A stretch of 64,000 nt of DNA from Phyllosticta citribraziliensis (taxonomy: Eukaryota). The notes beneath the pieces are model-generated. The model was not told the origin of the DNA. It saw only the letters and a program-made list of their open reading frames with translations, and did not search any database. The DNA is taken from assembly GCF_038025025.1 (NCBI RefSeq), contig NW_027117339.1, forward strand, positions 620,001-684,000, given 5' to 3'. The translations under genes and the position numbers were made by a program. Shown piece by piece: positions 47,706-59,663 of this stretch (positions are counted from its first letter, which is position 1; every line of letters starts with the position of its first letter).

Positions 47706-49244
47706 AATCCGCCGGGTGTTGGAAAGAGGTGAAGGCGGCTCAATCTCGTCGTGCGTCGAATTGCATGACGGCCGTCACAAGCGGACGAGCAGCGTCAGAG
47801 CGGCCCTACGACGAGTCCGCAAGACGGGGCGCTTGGTGATGCGGCAGGCGTGAGGGCGATGGAACGAGGCGTGCGAGGAGGCTGGAATGACTCGACGCGA
47901 AGGTGGGTGTGTGCGCGAGCAGAGCGAGCAGCGGGACGCGGGTGGATTGAGGGCGCGCCGATGCTGGTGGATCGTCTGCCGAGACGGAGGCGAGCAGAGT
48001 ATGATGATTGTATCGCGAGGAGGTGGCAGGGCGAGGGCGACGTCGGTGGAAGCGTGGTCGAGGGCGCGTTGAGCGGCGGATGGGAGGTGAGTGACGGAAA
48101 ACGGGACGAGTGGGAGAGAGGAATGAGAGGACAAGGAATCAGGCTAGGCGAAGCAGGCGGAGGTAGCAGGGTCGGTGGATTCGTGGGTGCGAGCGAGAAG
48201 AAGAGGTGGCAGTAGTGGGAGTGAATGGAGGGAGGGAGGGTGAGAGAGGCTAGACAAGACAAGAGAGAGAGGGCGAGGGAAAGGGCGCCGCCGCCGAGCG
48301 AGTTGCGTTGCGTTGCAGGCTTGCCTGGCACTGGGCTGGGCTGGGAGTGAGTGCCCGGCGGTGCCAGTGAGCCGGAGACCTGACCTGAGAGAGGAGACCT
48401 GAGCACTGACCGAAGGCCACCGAACGCGGGTGCGCTGCTGGCTAAGCCTGATCGGTCAGGCCCAGCACGCCAGCTACCGGCCAGGAAAAAACATCAACCC
48501 AGACCCAGACCCAGACCCAGACCCATACCTACCTATGTACCTACAGTGCTAGCACTGTGTGTTTTGTACAGCGCCGCCATGGTGCGACAGCCGCCGTGGC
48601 AGTTGACTTCTGTCGGCGGCAGCAGGTGCATGTACGGTACGGTATGGTACGGTGCAGTTCGGCTGACTCTGACGGGCGCGAGGGCGACGACTGTGAGAAA
48701 GTGAAGCTGCAGTTAACCACGTCGAGGCAGGCCACAGAGCAAGGTGGCTAGTGTCGTCTTGTCAGAAAGCGTCATGGATCATGGCAGAAGCAAAAGCCAT
48801 GAATAGCTTCGAATTCCCGTCCTTTAGGTCCTCACGTGAGCGGCCACGACAAAGCCCACCGGATGCGAAGGCGGGGCTTCCTTTCTCTCGACCTGTACAG
48901 TCATCCCTCTCGCTCATCCCGACCCCGACTCTAACCTAACCCCGCCGCCACCACGACTCCAAAGCCACAAGGCGCCCCTCTCTCCCTCTCCAGCTCTATC
49001 CTCATGTTTTCCCCGCCTTTGCATCTTCGCTTTGCTCTGCTCTGCTCCTCCATCCCAATGAAAAGCAATTCTCGCTTCGGCACTGCTCCAAGGACCATGT
49101 CCCGTTTTGAGAAGAGCCCCGATGCGCACTCCAGCCGCACTTGGGGTCCGTTTTCGAAATCCGCTTTATATTCAGTCGCCAGGACAATTGCCATGATGCA
49201 CAACTCGCACGCGTCTCGTCTGCTTTTCTGCCTCTTCCAGCCCC

Positions 49245-51527
49245 ATGGTGGTGCTGCAGCGTCTGATCAGTGGCCTCACCGCCTGGGCCCTGCTCTCCCC
49301 GGTCCTTGCCACGCCGAGTCCTGAATCAGTGCCGTCAGATGTCTATATTTTGCTACACAACCATCTACTCGGTACGCTCCGCCTTCTCACTGATTCGTCA
49401 ATCTCGGCTCTTTGCTGTGGTAACCATGACATACACGCCTACCCCGCCGTCGCGTCGTTGTTGACTTCCTGTTTTCCTTTTGCCCGCTTCGGCCATAAAC
49501 TGTATTCAGTTGAACCTAATTGCTCTATCAGGGGCCTCTGCCACCGGGGATGCTGCCCTTGTCCTCACCAACCTTCAGACCCATGACGAAGCCGTCTTGA
49601 CTTGCGCAGCACTGGGCGAGGGCCTCTGGGAGCCGCCAACCACCAAAAACGCTTCATCGGAAATAGCCTTGTCCTACCTTGCTTACGCCGACCCATCCGC
49701 TCGGGACTCGGACTACTGGGTTCAGCAAGCCGCTGCGGGCAGCTGTCGCGCAATCACCCAAGATGGTGTCGTCTACGAGGCGGACTGCAGTAATAAACTG
49801 GCGGCTCTCTGTTCAAACTCTGCCGGGCTCGCCGTTGCAAACGCGACCGACACGAGCTCCCAATGGCAGACCCGTGTGAAGACCGGGAACTTTACTCTTA
49901 CGGGATACAGAGACAAGCACAGCTTTCGCTTCCTGGGCATCCGCTACGCTGCGCAACCCGAGCGCTTCACCCATTCCACTCTGTACTCCGGGCCCACCAA
50001 CGCTTCTGCGCTCGAATTCTCTCCTCTTTGCGTTCAGCCAGATTGCAATGCCACAACTTGCTCCGAAGATTGCTTGTTCCTCAACATTTGGACGCCATAT
50101 CTACCCAAAGACGGCGCATCTCAGTCGACCAAGTTGAAGCCGGTTCTCTTCTGGATTCATGGCGGCGGCTTTACCGGGGGCCTTGGTAGTGATCCTACCA
50201 CCGATGGCGGAAACATGGCTTCTCGGGGAGACGTCGTCGTCGTCACTTTCAACTACCGCGTCTCGACCCTGGGCTTCCTGGCACTTGGAAACAATCAGAC
50301 CAATGGCAACTATGGCCTGGGAGACCAGGTAACCGCCCTCGACTGGGTCCGTCAAAACATTGCCGCGTTTGGGGGTGATGCAGAAAAGATTACCATCATG
50401 GGACAAAGTGCCGGAGGAGCAAGTGTGAGGGCTCTGGTTGCAAGCCCAAAAGCAAAGGGCAAGTTTCGCAGTGCGGTTCCGATGAGCGGCCCTCTGGGAT
50501 CTTATCCCTTCCAGAGCTACGGAGACTACTACTCGGTTCAAGAGTCGGCCAGTCTTTTCGGTGAAGCTGTTTTGAGCGACACCAATTGCACCGGCACAAC
50601 GGATGTCTTGAAGTGCTTGAGAAGCTATGATCCGTACGAGCTCGTTGCACTACCTGACGTAGCAAGGTAAGCACCTCCAAACTACCCCTGAAACATCACA
50701 CCGCTTGCTCACACGACCACAGCTCACTGGTAGTCGACGGCGTCTACCTCACGAGCCCCAGTCTCAACGTTACTGCTCCTTCTGGCCCATCCATTCCGCT
50801 CCTCACAGGCTTCATGCACGATGACGCTGCGTCCTTTGTGCCCTGGCCGTCTGCCAACTCGACACTCTCCTCCATCCTCACCTCCTACGGAATTCCGCCC
50901 CTGCCAGCCATCCTCTCCGCCTTCCCGGCCAACTCATCCTCCAACACAACCCTCGCCGTTTTCAACGCGACGTCGCGCCTTGCAACCGACGCTGCCTTCC
51001 GCTGCCTCAACCTTGCCAGCGTCCTCACCGGCGCGCGCCATGGAGTTTTCGACCCGTCGTCCACGTTTATTTACGAAGTTGACCGCTCCTACATGCCCCC
51101 GTCGTTCAACCCCAATCCTCTCGCGTGCGATGCGCCTGTAACGTCTGCCCACCCCAGCGGTGACCCGACCGCTGCATACTACAAATGCCACGGCGGCGAG
51201 CTACTCTTCGTCTTTGGCAATCTTGTTTTCAACCAGTTGCCCTTCCGCGACGACAAGGACGTCGTGTTTTCGCGCTACATGCTTGATCGATTTGCATCAT
51301 TCATCAGAACCGGCGACGTCGAGCCCGCCAAGGCATTCCTCGAGGCCAGAGGCTTCGTCGACGAAGAAGGCGAAAAGAATGTGAATTTCACGTGGGCAAA
51401 GCTGGATTTGCAGAATCCGAGCTTTGCCCGTCTGGAGTGGCCGCCGGCGAGCAGGCCGTTTGATGAAAAAGTACAGTGTGAGTCGTTTGGTGTTGGGCTG
51501 GATTACTACGAAGACGGTGGAGTTTAA
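49245..51527 (+). CDS. Secreted type-B carboxylesterase/cholinesterase-like hydrolase
   Basis: Exons 49245-49371, 49532-50666, 50723-51527. Signal peptide, SEDCLFLNIWTP, WIHGGGF, NYRVSTLGF, GQSAG nucleophile, CHGGEL. Confidence 0.92.
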
Positions 51528-51859
51528 AAGGGGGGAATCATTGCGGGACGCAGGACCTTGTTGATATTGGACTGGACTAGATGTAAAAAGTAGGTACGTA
51601 CATACTGTGCAGTGAAAGCTGATACAAATGGTATATACACATGTCTCGCTTCAGGATATTCAGTATCCTGTCACCCCAAAAATCCACGCAAAAACACACC
51701 TGCCCAGGGTTTTCATTCGTAGTGGGTATCAAAAAACCAAATGCCTTGCTGCAAAAGCGTTCCTCCTGAAATGCTAGCAAGCTGCTCGCCATCCCACCGT
51801 TGAAAACAAAATCATAACACCTCCTGCGGAGCACACACCGACGACGCAACCCACAACGG

Positions 51860-52741
51860 AACGTCCGGTATCCTGCTCCCACTCGGTGCGATTCACCAAG
51901 TTCGTCTCCTCGCTCTTCCACCACTTGGCATCACAAAACACGGCCTCGGACAAGAAAATGCCCAAATACCCCACGGCGTCCCAGCGCGGCACGAACGAAC
52001 GCCTCGAGGCCGGCGCCCAGCCCGGCGCACAGCGTGACGGCGAGCGCGGCTATGGCGTACGCTTGAGTACCATTGCGTCGCGCCGAAGATGCCGATGGAG
52101 AAGAGGGCGAGGAGGATGACGGGGATGGCGAAGAGTGTGGCCCAGACGGCGATGTTGAGCACGATGAGGCCCGCGGCTGTCAGGTTGGTGGCGAGCATGA
52201 TGACGTGCTTGGGGTAGTGGCTGTAGCCGGCTGCGATGCTGAGATGGGCGGTAGTCAGTCAGTCAGTCCGGCAGTCTTCTATCAAAACGACAACGAGACG
52301 AGCAGGAGAGCACCAAACTCGACGGTCACAGCGACCCCCAGGCCTACAGACATCTCCCACACGCACTCGACAACACTTCTCACTCACCTCAAAGCCAGCT
52401 CCGCAAACCTACTCGCACACCCCACAAACCCCGTCTCATTGACCGCGAACACAGCCGTCTCGGCGTACGCCGTCACGACCGCATACACCGTCACGCCCAT
52501 GAGGGCGTACGCGACGAGCAGCACGCCAGGCCCGCCCGCCGCCAACCCCATCCCCGACCGCCCCGGCCGCCGCGAGCATCTGTACGTACCGGCGCTCGAA
52601 GCTGCGGTCGAAACACATGATTCTCGTTGTCAGTTGCTTTTTCGCCGGTTCGGGCGGCGCGGCGGCCTTCTCGTTGATGCCGCGCGTGGGCCGCGTGCTC
52701 GTCGGCTTTGAGCTGGGAGCGGTGCGCAAGCGGTCGGTCAT
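51860..52741 (-). pseudogene. Degenerate amino-acid permease (APC/YAT family, Dip5-like) pseudogene
   Basis: RRYVQMLAAAGAVG, frameshift, GLAAGGPGVLLVAYALMG..VYAV..AYAE...GFVG.ASRF.E.AL, intron 52387-52239, AAGY..Y.K..I...TNLTAAGLI..LNIAVW...FG..Q. It then jumps to C-terminal-like remnants (GYLGI..WK.EETNL), with further frameshifts and deletions. Confidence 0.8.
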
Positions 52742-53931
52742 GGTGGCGGCGGCGGCGGCGGCGGCGGCGGAGAGACGCGGTCAACGGTAAGTATGGTGGT
52801 CTGTCGCTAAGCCAAATCAGACAGACAGGTCTCCAGCTCTGGTCCGGAGATCAGAAGCGAGCGGATGCCAATAGCACAATGCGTTGATGACCTGATGAAA
52901 GGGGGACAAGAGTGCCTGGTATAAATAGCGCTCCACTGACCATTCCGTCACAATACTTTGCTCGTCGATCAACCAGACGGAGACCGTCGAGGAGTTGAGC
53001 GAGCCATCGTCACTTGTGAAGTGTTGGCGGTCCCAGGGTTGCCTGCTTGTCCCCTGTCTTTGCGCCGGCCCTGGCAACCGTCGCCGACGTTGAACAAAAC
53101 AAGCGCAGTGGCGTAGGTTGGCGAGCGAAGCGAGTATCTTGGGTCGTTCACGACCAAGCCCCTTGATCCATTTTTCGCTACCGATTTCTCGAACGCGAAG
53201 GGAGGACTTGTGTTGATCTCTTTTCCATTTTTGGTGAATTTGATATCCAGATCATGTCTTGGCAAGCGAGATGGACAGCGAGGAGCTTGCGATTGTGGGA
53301 TCGCGCAGTCTTTTATTTTAGATGGTGTCGCGGTGCTGTGGTTCTAGACCGGCCGTTGCTGGAAGGTCACAGGGCGCGACACTGGGACCGAAGATGACTT
53401 GTTGAATGGAATGGCAAATTGGTGACTGCCCTTTCCACGTGGGGGATGCTGAGAGCTGCTGGTCAATTACGTCAACTGATAGTCCCCTTCTCCCGTCTTT
53501 TTGCGTCATATCAGCGAAGAGTTTTGGTAATTGATCAGGCAAACTCGGGTCTCGTAAGCCAAAATTGAGCTCCTGAGTCTCTTAAAAGAGGGACAAACCC
53601 CAACGTCCGGTACTTCTCGAACAATGGCCGTGGGCAGGTTCATTGGGGTGAAATGCTGCGAGGTTGGGTGGAACCAGGGGTTGGACTTGGCCCTGAACAC
53701 AACAGCGGTTGAGGACAGTTCCCTTCTCCCTGTATCCACCAGTTAATCTGGAAAAGATTGAATATTGCCGTATCATGAGCTGCTCGGGAGGCTGTTGAGT
53801 GCGGAAAAAGCTGATGACTCTTCTCTTCGACGATTGAATTTGTGAAGTTCATGAAGGCGTTAAGATTCCTCGTCCCCCATGGAAGCGCGAGATCCAATTG
53901 AGCTCTCAAGCTCGCTTCAACTCCCTAATCA

Positions 53932-54029
53932 GGTCTTATGGTCTAGTGGTATGATTCTCGCTTAGGGTTAACCCTGGGTTGCTGTCTACAGCTTGCGAGA
54001 GGCCCCGCGTTCGAGTCGCGGTAAGACCC
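53932..54029 (+). tRNA. tRNA-Pro (anticodon AGG) with a 26-nt intron at 53968-53993
   Basis: Acceptor stem GGTCTTA/TAAGACC, D-arm TGGTCTAGTGGTATGAT, anticodon stem CTCGC/GCGAG with loop TT-AGG-G^T, T-arm CCGCG-TTCGAGT-CGCGG, T-rich terminator. Mature length 72 nt. Confidence 0.96.
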
Positions 54030-54373
54030 CTTCTTTTGCTCTTTTGACCTCTGCCGGCCAGAGCACTGTGATCTCTTTTTGCCTTCATGATTGCTTGCCA
54101 AATTGAGGAGCTGGATTCAGGTTGTTGGCGTGGTGGTGCCTCGGGGTGAGGAGCTCATGGGATGTTGAGGTACCACAGACAACGTTTGTTTTGGCCTGCT
54201 TGATTGTGTTACGACTGGCCGGCGAAGCAACGCAAACACATGAAGTATACAGTCAACACATTGTCGTTCGAGGCACGGCGACTTGGTTAATGAGGAAATT
54301 GGAGAAGAGTCTCCAATCGCAGAAGGTGGTGGCCGCTGAGCTTGACACGTGATTGTCCCACGCGCGGCTGATC

Positions 54374-54380
54374 TGTTTAC
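54374..54380. promoter_or_regulatory. Candidate forkhead-binding site (TGTTTAC) about 90 bp upstream of SMC2
   Basis: Exact match to the GTAAACA consensus in a mitotic gene promoter. A single short motif that could be chance. Confidence 0.3.
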
Positions 54381-54468
54381 AAACACCGAACATCTCCGGG
54401 GAAAATCATCCTCGCCAGACGCGCTGTCGCGAGCTGCTCAGCGACAACGACCAGCCGACGTCGCCACC

Positions 54469-57400
54469 ATGTGGATCAAGGAAATCATCATAGACGTATG
54501 TCATTTCCATCGCGCCCGTCGATATCGCGCTCACACAGACAACAGGGCTTCAAGTCGTATGCCGTCCGCACAGAGATCCGAGGCTGGTAAACGATCCGCC
54601 CTCCGCCTTTCAGTCGCAGTACTGACAGCGCATGCAGGGACGACAGCTTCAATGCCGTTACCGGTCTCAACGGCTCCGGCAAGTCCAACATCCTTGACGC
54701 GATATGTTTCGTCCTCGGTATCACGAACATGACGACCGTCCGCGCGCAGAACCTCCAGGTACGGATCGCAACCAACAATCATTAGCGGGAATTGACGGGT
54801 GGAAACATAGGACCTTATCTACAAGCGCGGCCAAGCGGGCGTCACCAGAGCGAGCGTCACCATCATTTTCGACAATACCGACAAGAGCAAATCGCCCACG
54901 GGCATGGAGGACCGCTCCGAGATTTGGGTGAGCCGTCAAATCATGCTCGGCGGCACGAGCAAATACAAAATCAACCAGACGACCGCGCAACTCCACTCCG
55001 TCCACGACCTCTTCCAGCGAGTCGGCCTGAATATCAACAACCCCAACTTCTTGATCATGCAGGGCCGCATCACCAAGGTGTTGAACATGAAACCCCAGGA
55101 AATATTGGGCATGATTGAGGAGGCAGCTGGCACCCGCATGTTCGAGGACCGCAAGGCCAAGGCGTTCAAGACAATGACGAAGAAGAATAGCAAGCTTCAA
55201 GAGATCGAGGAGCTGCTCAAGGAAGAAATCGATCCCAAACTGGAAAAGCTGAGGTCGGAAAAGCGCGCCTTTTTGGACTTTCAGCAGACTCAGAATGAGC
55301 TCGAGCGACTCACTCGCCTGGTGGTTGCGCACGACTGGCTACGAGGGAACGAGAGGCTTAAGAATGCCGTGGATGATTTGGAGCAAAAGAGGCAGCGGGA
55401 AACGGAATTGGAAGAGTCGGCAGTGCGGTTGAAGAATGAGATTGAGATGTTGAAGGAGGACATCGAGCAGGTCAAGCGGAGGAGAGAAAAAGAGCTACGG
55501 AAGGGTGGACGTTTCCAGGCACTCGAAGAAGAAGTCAAGCAGCACTCGCATGAGATGGTGCGTCTTGCGACGGTTGCAGACCTCAAGAAGTCGAGCATGG
55601 CCGAAGAGAATGACAAATTCAAAAAGTTGGACAAGTCTGTTAAGGAACTGGAGGCACAGCTCAAGGAAAAGACCAAGATTCACGACAAGCTCCAGGAGAA
55701 GTACAAGGCCGCGCACGAGGCGCTTCAAAAGCAGACTGCAGAGGTGGAAAAGAAGGAAGAACTACTCCAGACTCTCCAGACCGGTGTCGCATCCAAGGAA
55801 GGCCAAGAAAGCGGATACCAAGGACAACTGTCCGAGGCCAGAAATCGGTTGAATTCTGCCGCGACGGAACAAGAACAGGCAAAGCTCAAGATTGCCCACT
55901 TTGAGAAGCAGATCAAGGAGGCCGAGCCACGCGCAAAGAAAGCCAAGGAGCAGAACTCGAGCTTGTTGAAAGACATGGAACGTTTGCGTTCGCAAGCACA
56001 GAAGCTTGAGAGTGACCTCTCCAAACTTGGTTTCGAGCCAGGCAAGGAAGACGAAATGTACCAGGAGGAAGCCCGTCTCCAAGAGAGCATTCGCGCGCTG
56101 AAGGAGAAGCTCGACGGCCTGAAGAGCAAGGACGCAAACATCGATTTTAGCTACAGCGACCCGTTTCCCAGCTTCGACAGGTCCAAAGTCAAGGGGTTGG
56201 TTGCGGAGCTCTTTACTCTGGGCAAGGACCATACGCAGGCTGGTCTCGCTCTGGAACTTTGCGCAGGCGGAAGGCTGTACAACGTGGTCGTCGACACGGC
56301 ACAAACCGGTACCCATCTCCTGGAGAAGGGCAAGCTTAAGAAGCGCGTCACCATCATTCCGCTGGACAAGATTGCTGCATTCAAGGCCGCTGCCGAGAGG
56401 ATCGGAGCAGCGAAAAAGCTGGCGCCCGGCAAGGCCAACCTGGCGCTCCAGCTCATTGGATACGACGACGAAGTGCAGGCTGCCATGGAATACGTCTTTG
56501 GCAACACACTTGTCTGCGATGATTCCGAGACGGCCAACCGCATGGCCTACGACCCCTCCGTCCGCATGCACAGCATCACACTCGAGGGCGCTGTTTACGA
56601 CCCGGCCGGAACCCTCTCCGGTGGAAGTGCCCCCCGGTCGAGTGGTGTGCTGGTCCGGCTGCAAAAGATCAACGAGCTCACCCAAGAGCTCAACTCTCAG
56701 GAGCGCGCTCTGAGGGAACTGCAGGCCACAATTGTGAAGGAAAAGAAGAAGCTGGATTCTGCAAAGAAGATCAAGCAAGAGCTTGACCTCAAGACCCACG
56801 AGATTAAGCTTGCCGAAGAGCAAATCAGCGGCAACTCGTCTTCCTCAGTAAGCCTTTGTAGTGAAGTCTTGCTCGGGCCATGCTAATGTCTGACAGATTA
56901 TCAAACAAGTCGAAGACATGAAGGAATCAATCATTCAGCTCAAGGAAGCCATCAAAGACGCTAAAGTAAGGCAGGACGAGTCTTCGAAAGAGGTCAAGCG
57001 CATCGAAAAGGACATGAATGAATTCAGCAAGAACAAGGACAGCAAATTGGCGGAGCTCAAGACATCTCTCGACAAACTTAAGAAGGAGCTGACCAAGAAT
57101 TCCGCTTCGATAAAACCTCTTCAACAAGAAATGCGGGATGCCATGCTGGAGGCAGAGCAATGCAGCAGCGACCTTGCTGCCTCGCAAGAGCAACTCCAAG
57201 ATGCAACGGCAACGCTTTCTGCACAGCAGCAGGAGCTCGACGCCTTGGTCCACGAGCAAACAGAAGCCAAAGACAACCACGACCTCGCTGCCGCTCAGCT
57301 CGAGGACGAGCGGGCGAAGCTGACCGGCTTCGATGATGAACTTCACGATCTGGATCAGGCGGTGCGGTCCAAGAACAACCTTGTCATAGAAGAAGGGTTG

Positions 57401-58210
57401 GAGCTGCAAAAGCTGGGGCACCAGATCGAAAAGTTCGACAAGGAGCTGCAGGCGACGCGGGCAGCAGTAGCCTCGCTAGAGCAAGAGTACGAATGGATTG
57501 GCGAAGAGAAAGAGCAATTTGGGCGGCCAGGCACACCGTACGAATTTCAAGGACACAACATGGCCAACTGCAAAACCAACCTCAAAAAGGTGGCCGAGAC
57601 GTTCCAGGGCATGAAGAATAAGATCAACCCCAAGGTCATGAACATGATTGATAGTGTCGAGAAGAAGGAAGCCAACCTCAAGCGCATGATGCGGACCGTC
57701 ATCAAAGACAAGCGCAAGATCGAAGACACGATTGTCGAGCTCGACGGGTACAAGCGCGAGGCGCTGCACAAGACGTGGGAGAAGGTCAACAAGGACTTTG
57801 GCCAAATCTTCAGCGACCTGCTGGCAGGCGCCTTTGCCAAACTCGACGCGCCCGAGGGCAAGACCATCATGGACGGCCTCGAAGTCCGCGTGCAGCTCGG
57901 CGGCGTGTGGAAGCAGAGCCTGACGGAACTCAGCGGCGGCCAGCGCTCCCTCGCCGCCATTGCCCTCATTATGGCGCTCCTCCAGTTCAAGCCTGCCCCC
58001 ATGTACATTCTTGACGAGGTCGATGCCGCCCTGGACCTGAGCCATACGCAGAACATTGGCAATCTGATCAAGAACCGCTTCAAGGGCAGCCAGTTTATCG
58101 TCGTCTCGCTCAAGGACGGCATGTTTCAGAATGCGAATCGCATTTTCAAGACGCGCTTCCAGAATGGCACGAGTACTGTGCTGGCCTTGACGCCAGATGA
58201 CTTGAAGTAG
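54469..58210 (+). CDS. smc2: Condensin ATPase subunit SMC2 (Cut14)
   Basis: Exons 54469-54495, 54546-54586, 54638-54758, 54811-56847, 56897-58210. GFKSY, Walker [28 protein letters not shown], hinge [17 protein letters not shown], signature LSGGQRS, Walker B/D-loop [11 protein letters not shown]. Confidence 0.97.
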
Positions 58211-59663
58211 GTTACGTGGGTGGCAAAGTGCGCGTGGGGTTGTCGATGGGTTGTCGGTGACCTAGTGGGTGTCTTTTTTTTCGCTTCCTTTTTCGCACTC
58301 TGCTTCTCCTCTTTCCTCGCTTTCCTCGCTTTCCTCGCTTTACTCCTCGCTTTCGCATTCTGCTTTTTTTTCCCTGCGTCTTCTTGGTCTCCTTGGTGGT
58401 ACGGCGTTGTTGTGGCTAGACGGACGGATGGACGAATGGGAAGGCCGACGTGCGTCTTTTTTTCTTTCTTCGGGTCACTTGGATTCATCGGTCTCTGTGT
58501 GTTTGTACCCACGCAGCGAAGGTGGTTGGCGTCTTTTGGGGAGGCAAGGCTTGGGCTTCTACTACGCGTTGATGAGTGATGTGAACTAACCCATCTTTTG
58601 CGCTCTTGTCATCATCAACAATTCAATGAACATCAACACACTCCAATCGAGAACCAACAGTCTCTTCAGTCCCTACCTCATCCATACTGGACCACACCTT
58701 TGCTTCTTTCCACTGACGCAGCAGCAACATTGACGATTTCCCTCTGCCTTCAAGCTAAGTGACTGACGAACCAACCACCGCACTGCCGACGAACCGATCG
58801 ACCCACCCACCAACGACACGCACTACTACGCAGCCGCTTGATCGACGCCTCCACCTCATCATTCGCCCTGCCACACACCCCCCGAAACACAGCAAGAGGG
58901 CAGTGCAAGACGCAAGCGGGCCGAGCGCGTCTCGTCAACCCGACCCGGCCCGCCCGAAGCTGAACGACCGACGGACGTACAACGGCCGCGGGCTGGCAGG
59001 GCAGGGCACAGCGAGCACGCCGCAAAACGACACCGCGTCTCGTGGACGCGGGCCGGTTCGTCTTTGACGCAGCGCAGCGCACCGACGTGCCTGCCTGGCA
59101 CTGCCACAATCAGGCTGTGGGTGCGGAGGTGGTGTTTGCGTCTGCGCTGAATTTTTACCCGTTTGGATTGCGTCCGTCTGGTAGGAGGGGTGTAGAGAGG
59201 AGAGGAAGATGGAGGTAAGTGAGTAGGTAGTGTTTGCTTCTGTCACGAGTAAGCAGGCAGGCAGGCAGGCAGGCAGACGTCTGTCCAGATGCACATTTAT
59301 CTTTTGAATGCTTCTGCGTTTGCACGGGTGGCACTATGATGGTAACCACGCCCTCCCCCTATTTCACTTCTCCCCTGCAGATTCCCGCTGCTCCAGCGCC
59401 GTCTACGAAATCCCCAACCCCGCAGCGTGTCTTTCCAGACAAATCCCATATTGACTTTCAACAAAACGCCCTTAATGACCATCCATCCATGCATGCATGC
59501 ACTTTATAATGCAGACCGTCCCTAGTACAATACCCCAAAAGCCCCCCAAACTAATCGACAAAGAAGATGATGAAGAGGGAAAAGCTCCAATCCGATCCGA
59601 GCACCAGAATAAGCAAGCAGTTGAAACAGCGAAAGGCAGAAATCTTCCCCCTTACTTCCCAGC

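Noticed and set aside
53961..53975. Telomere-like TTAGGG within the palindrome AGGGTTAACCCT
   Set aside because: It is the anticodon loop plus intron start of tRNA-Pro. The complementarity is ordinary anticodon-intron pairing.
58211..59663. Search for a precursor-peptide gene downstream of the DUF3328 gene (also 60716-61616 upstream)
   Set aside because: No ORF with a signal peptide plus repeated dibasic-flanked cores. The hydrophobic ORF at 58220-58579 comes from T-rich 3' UTR repeats.
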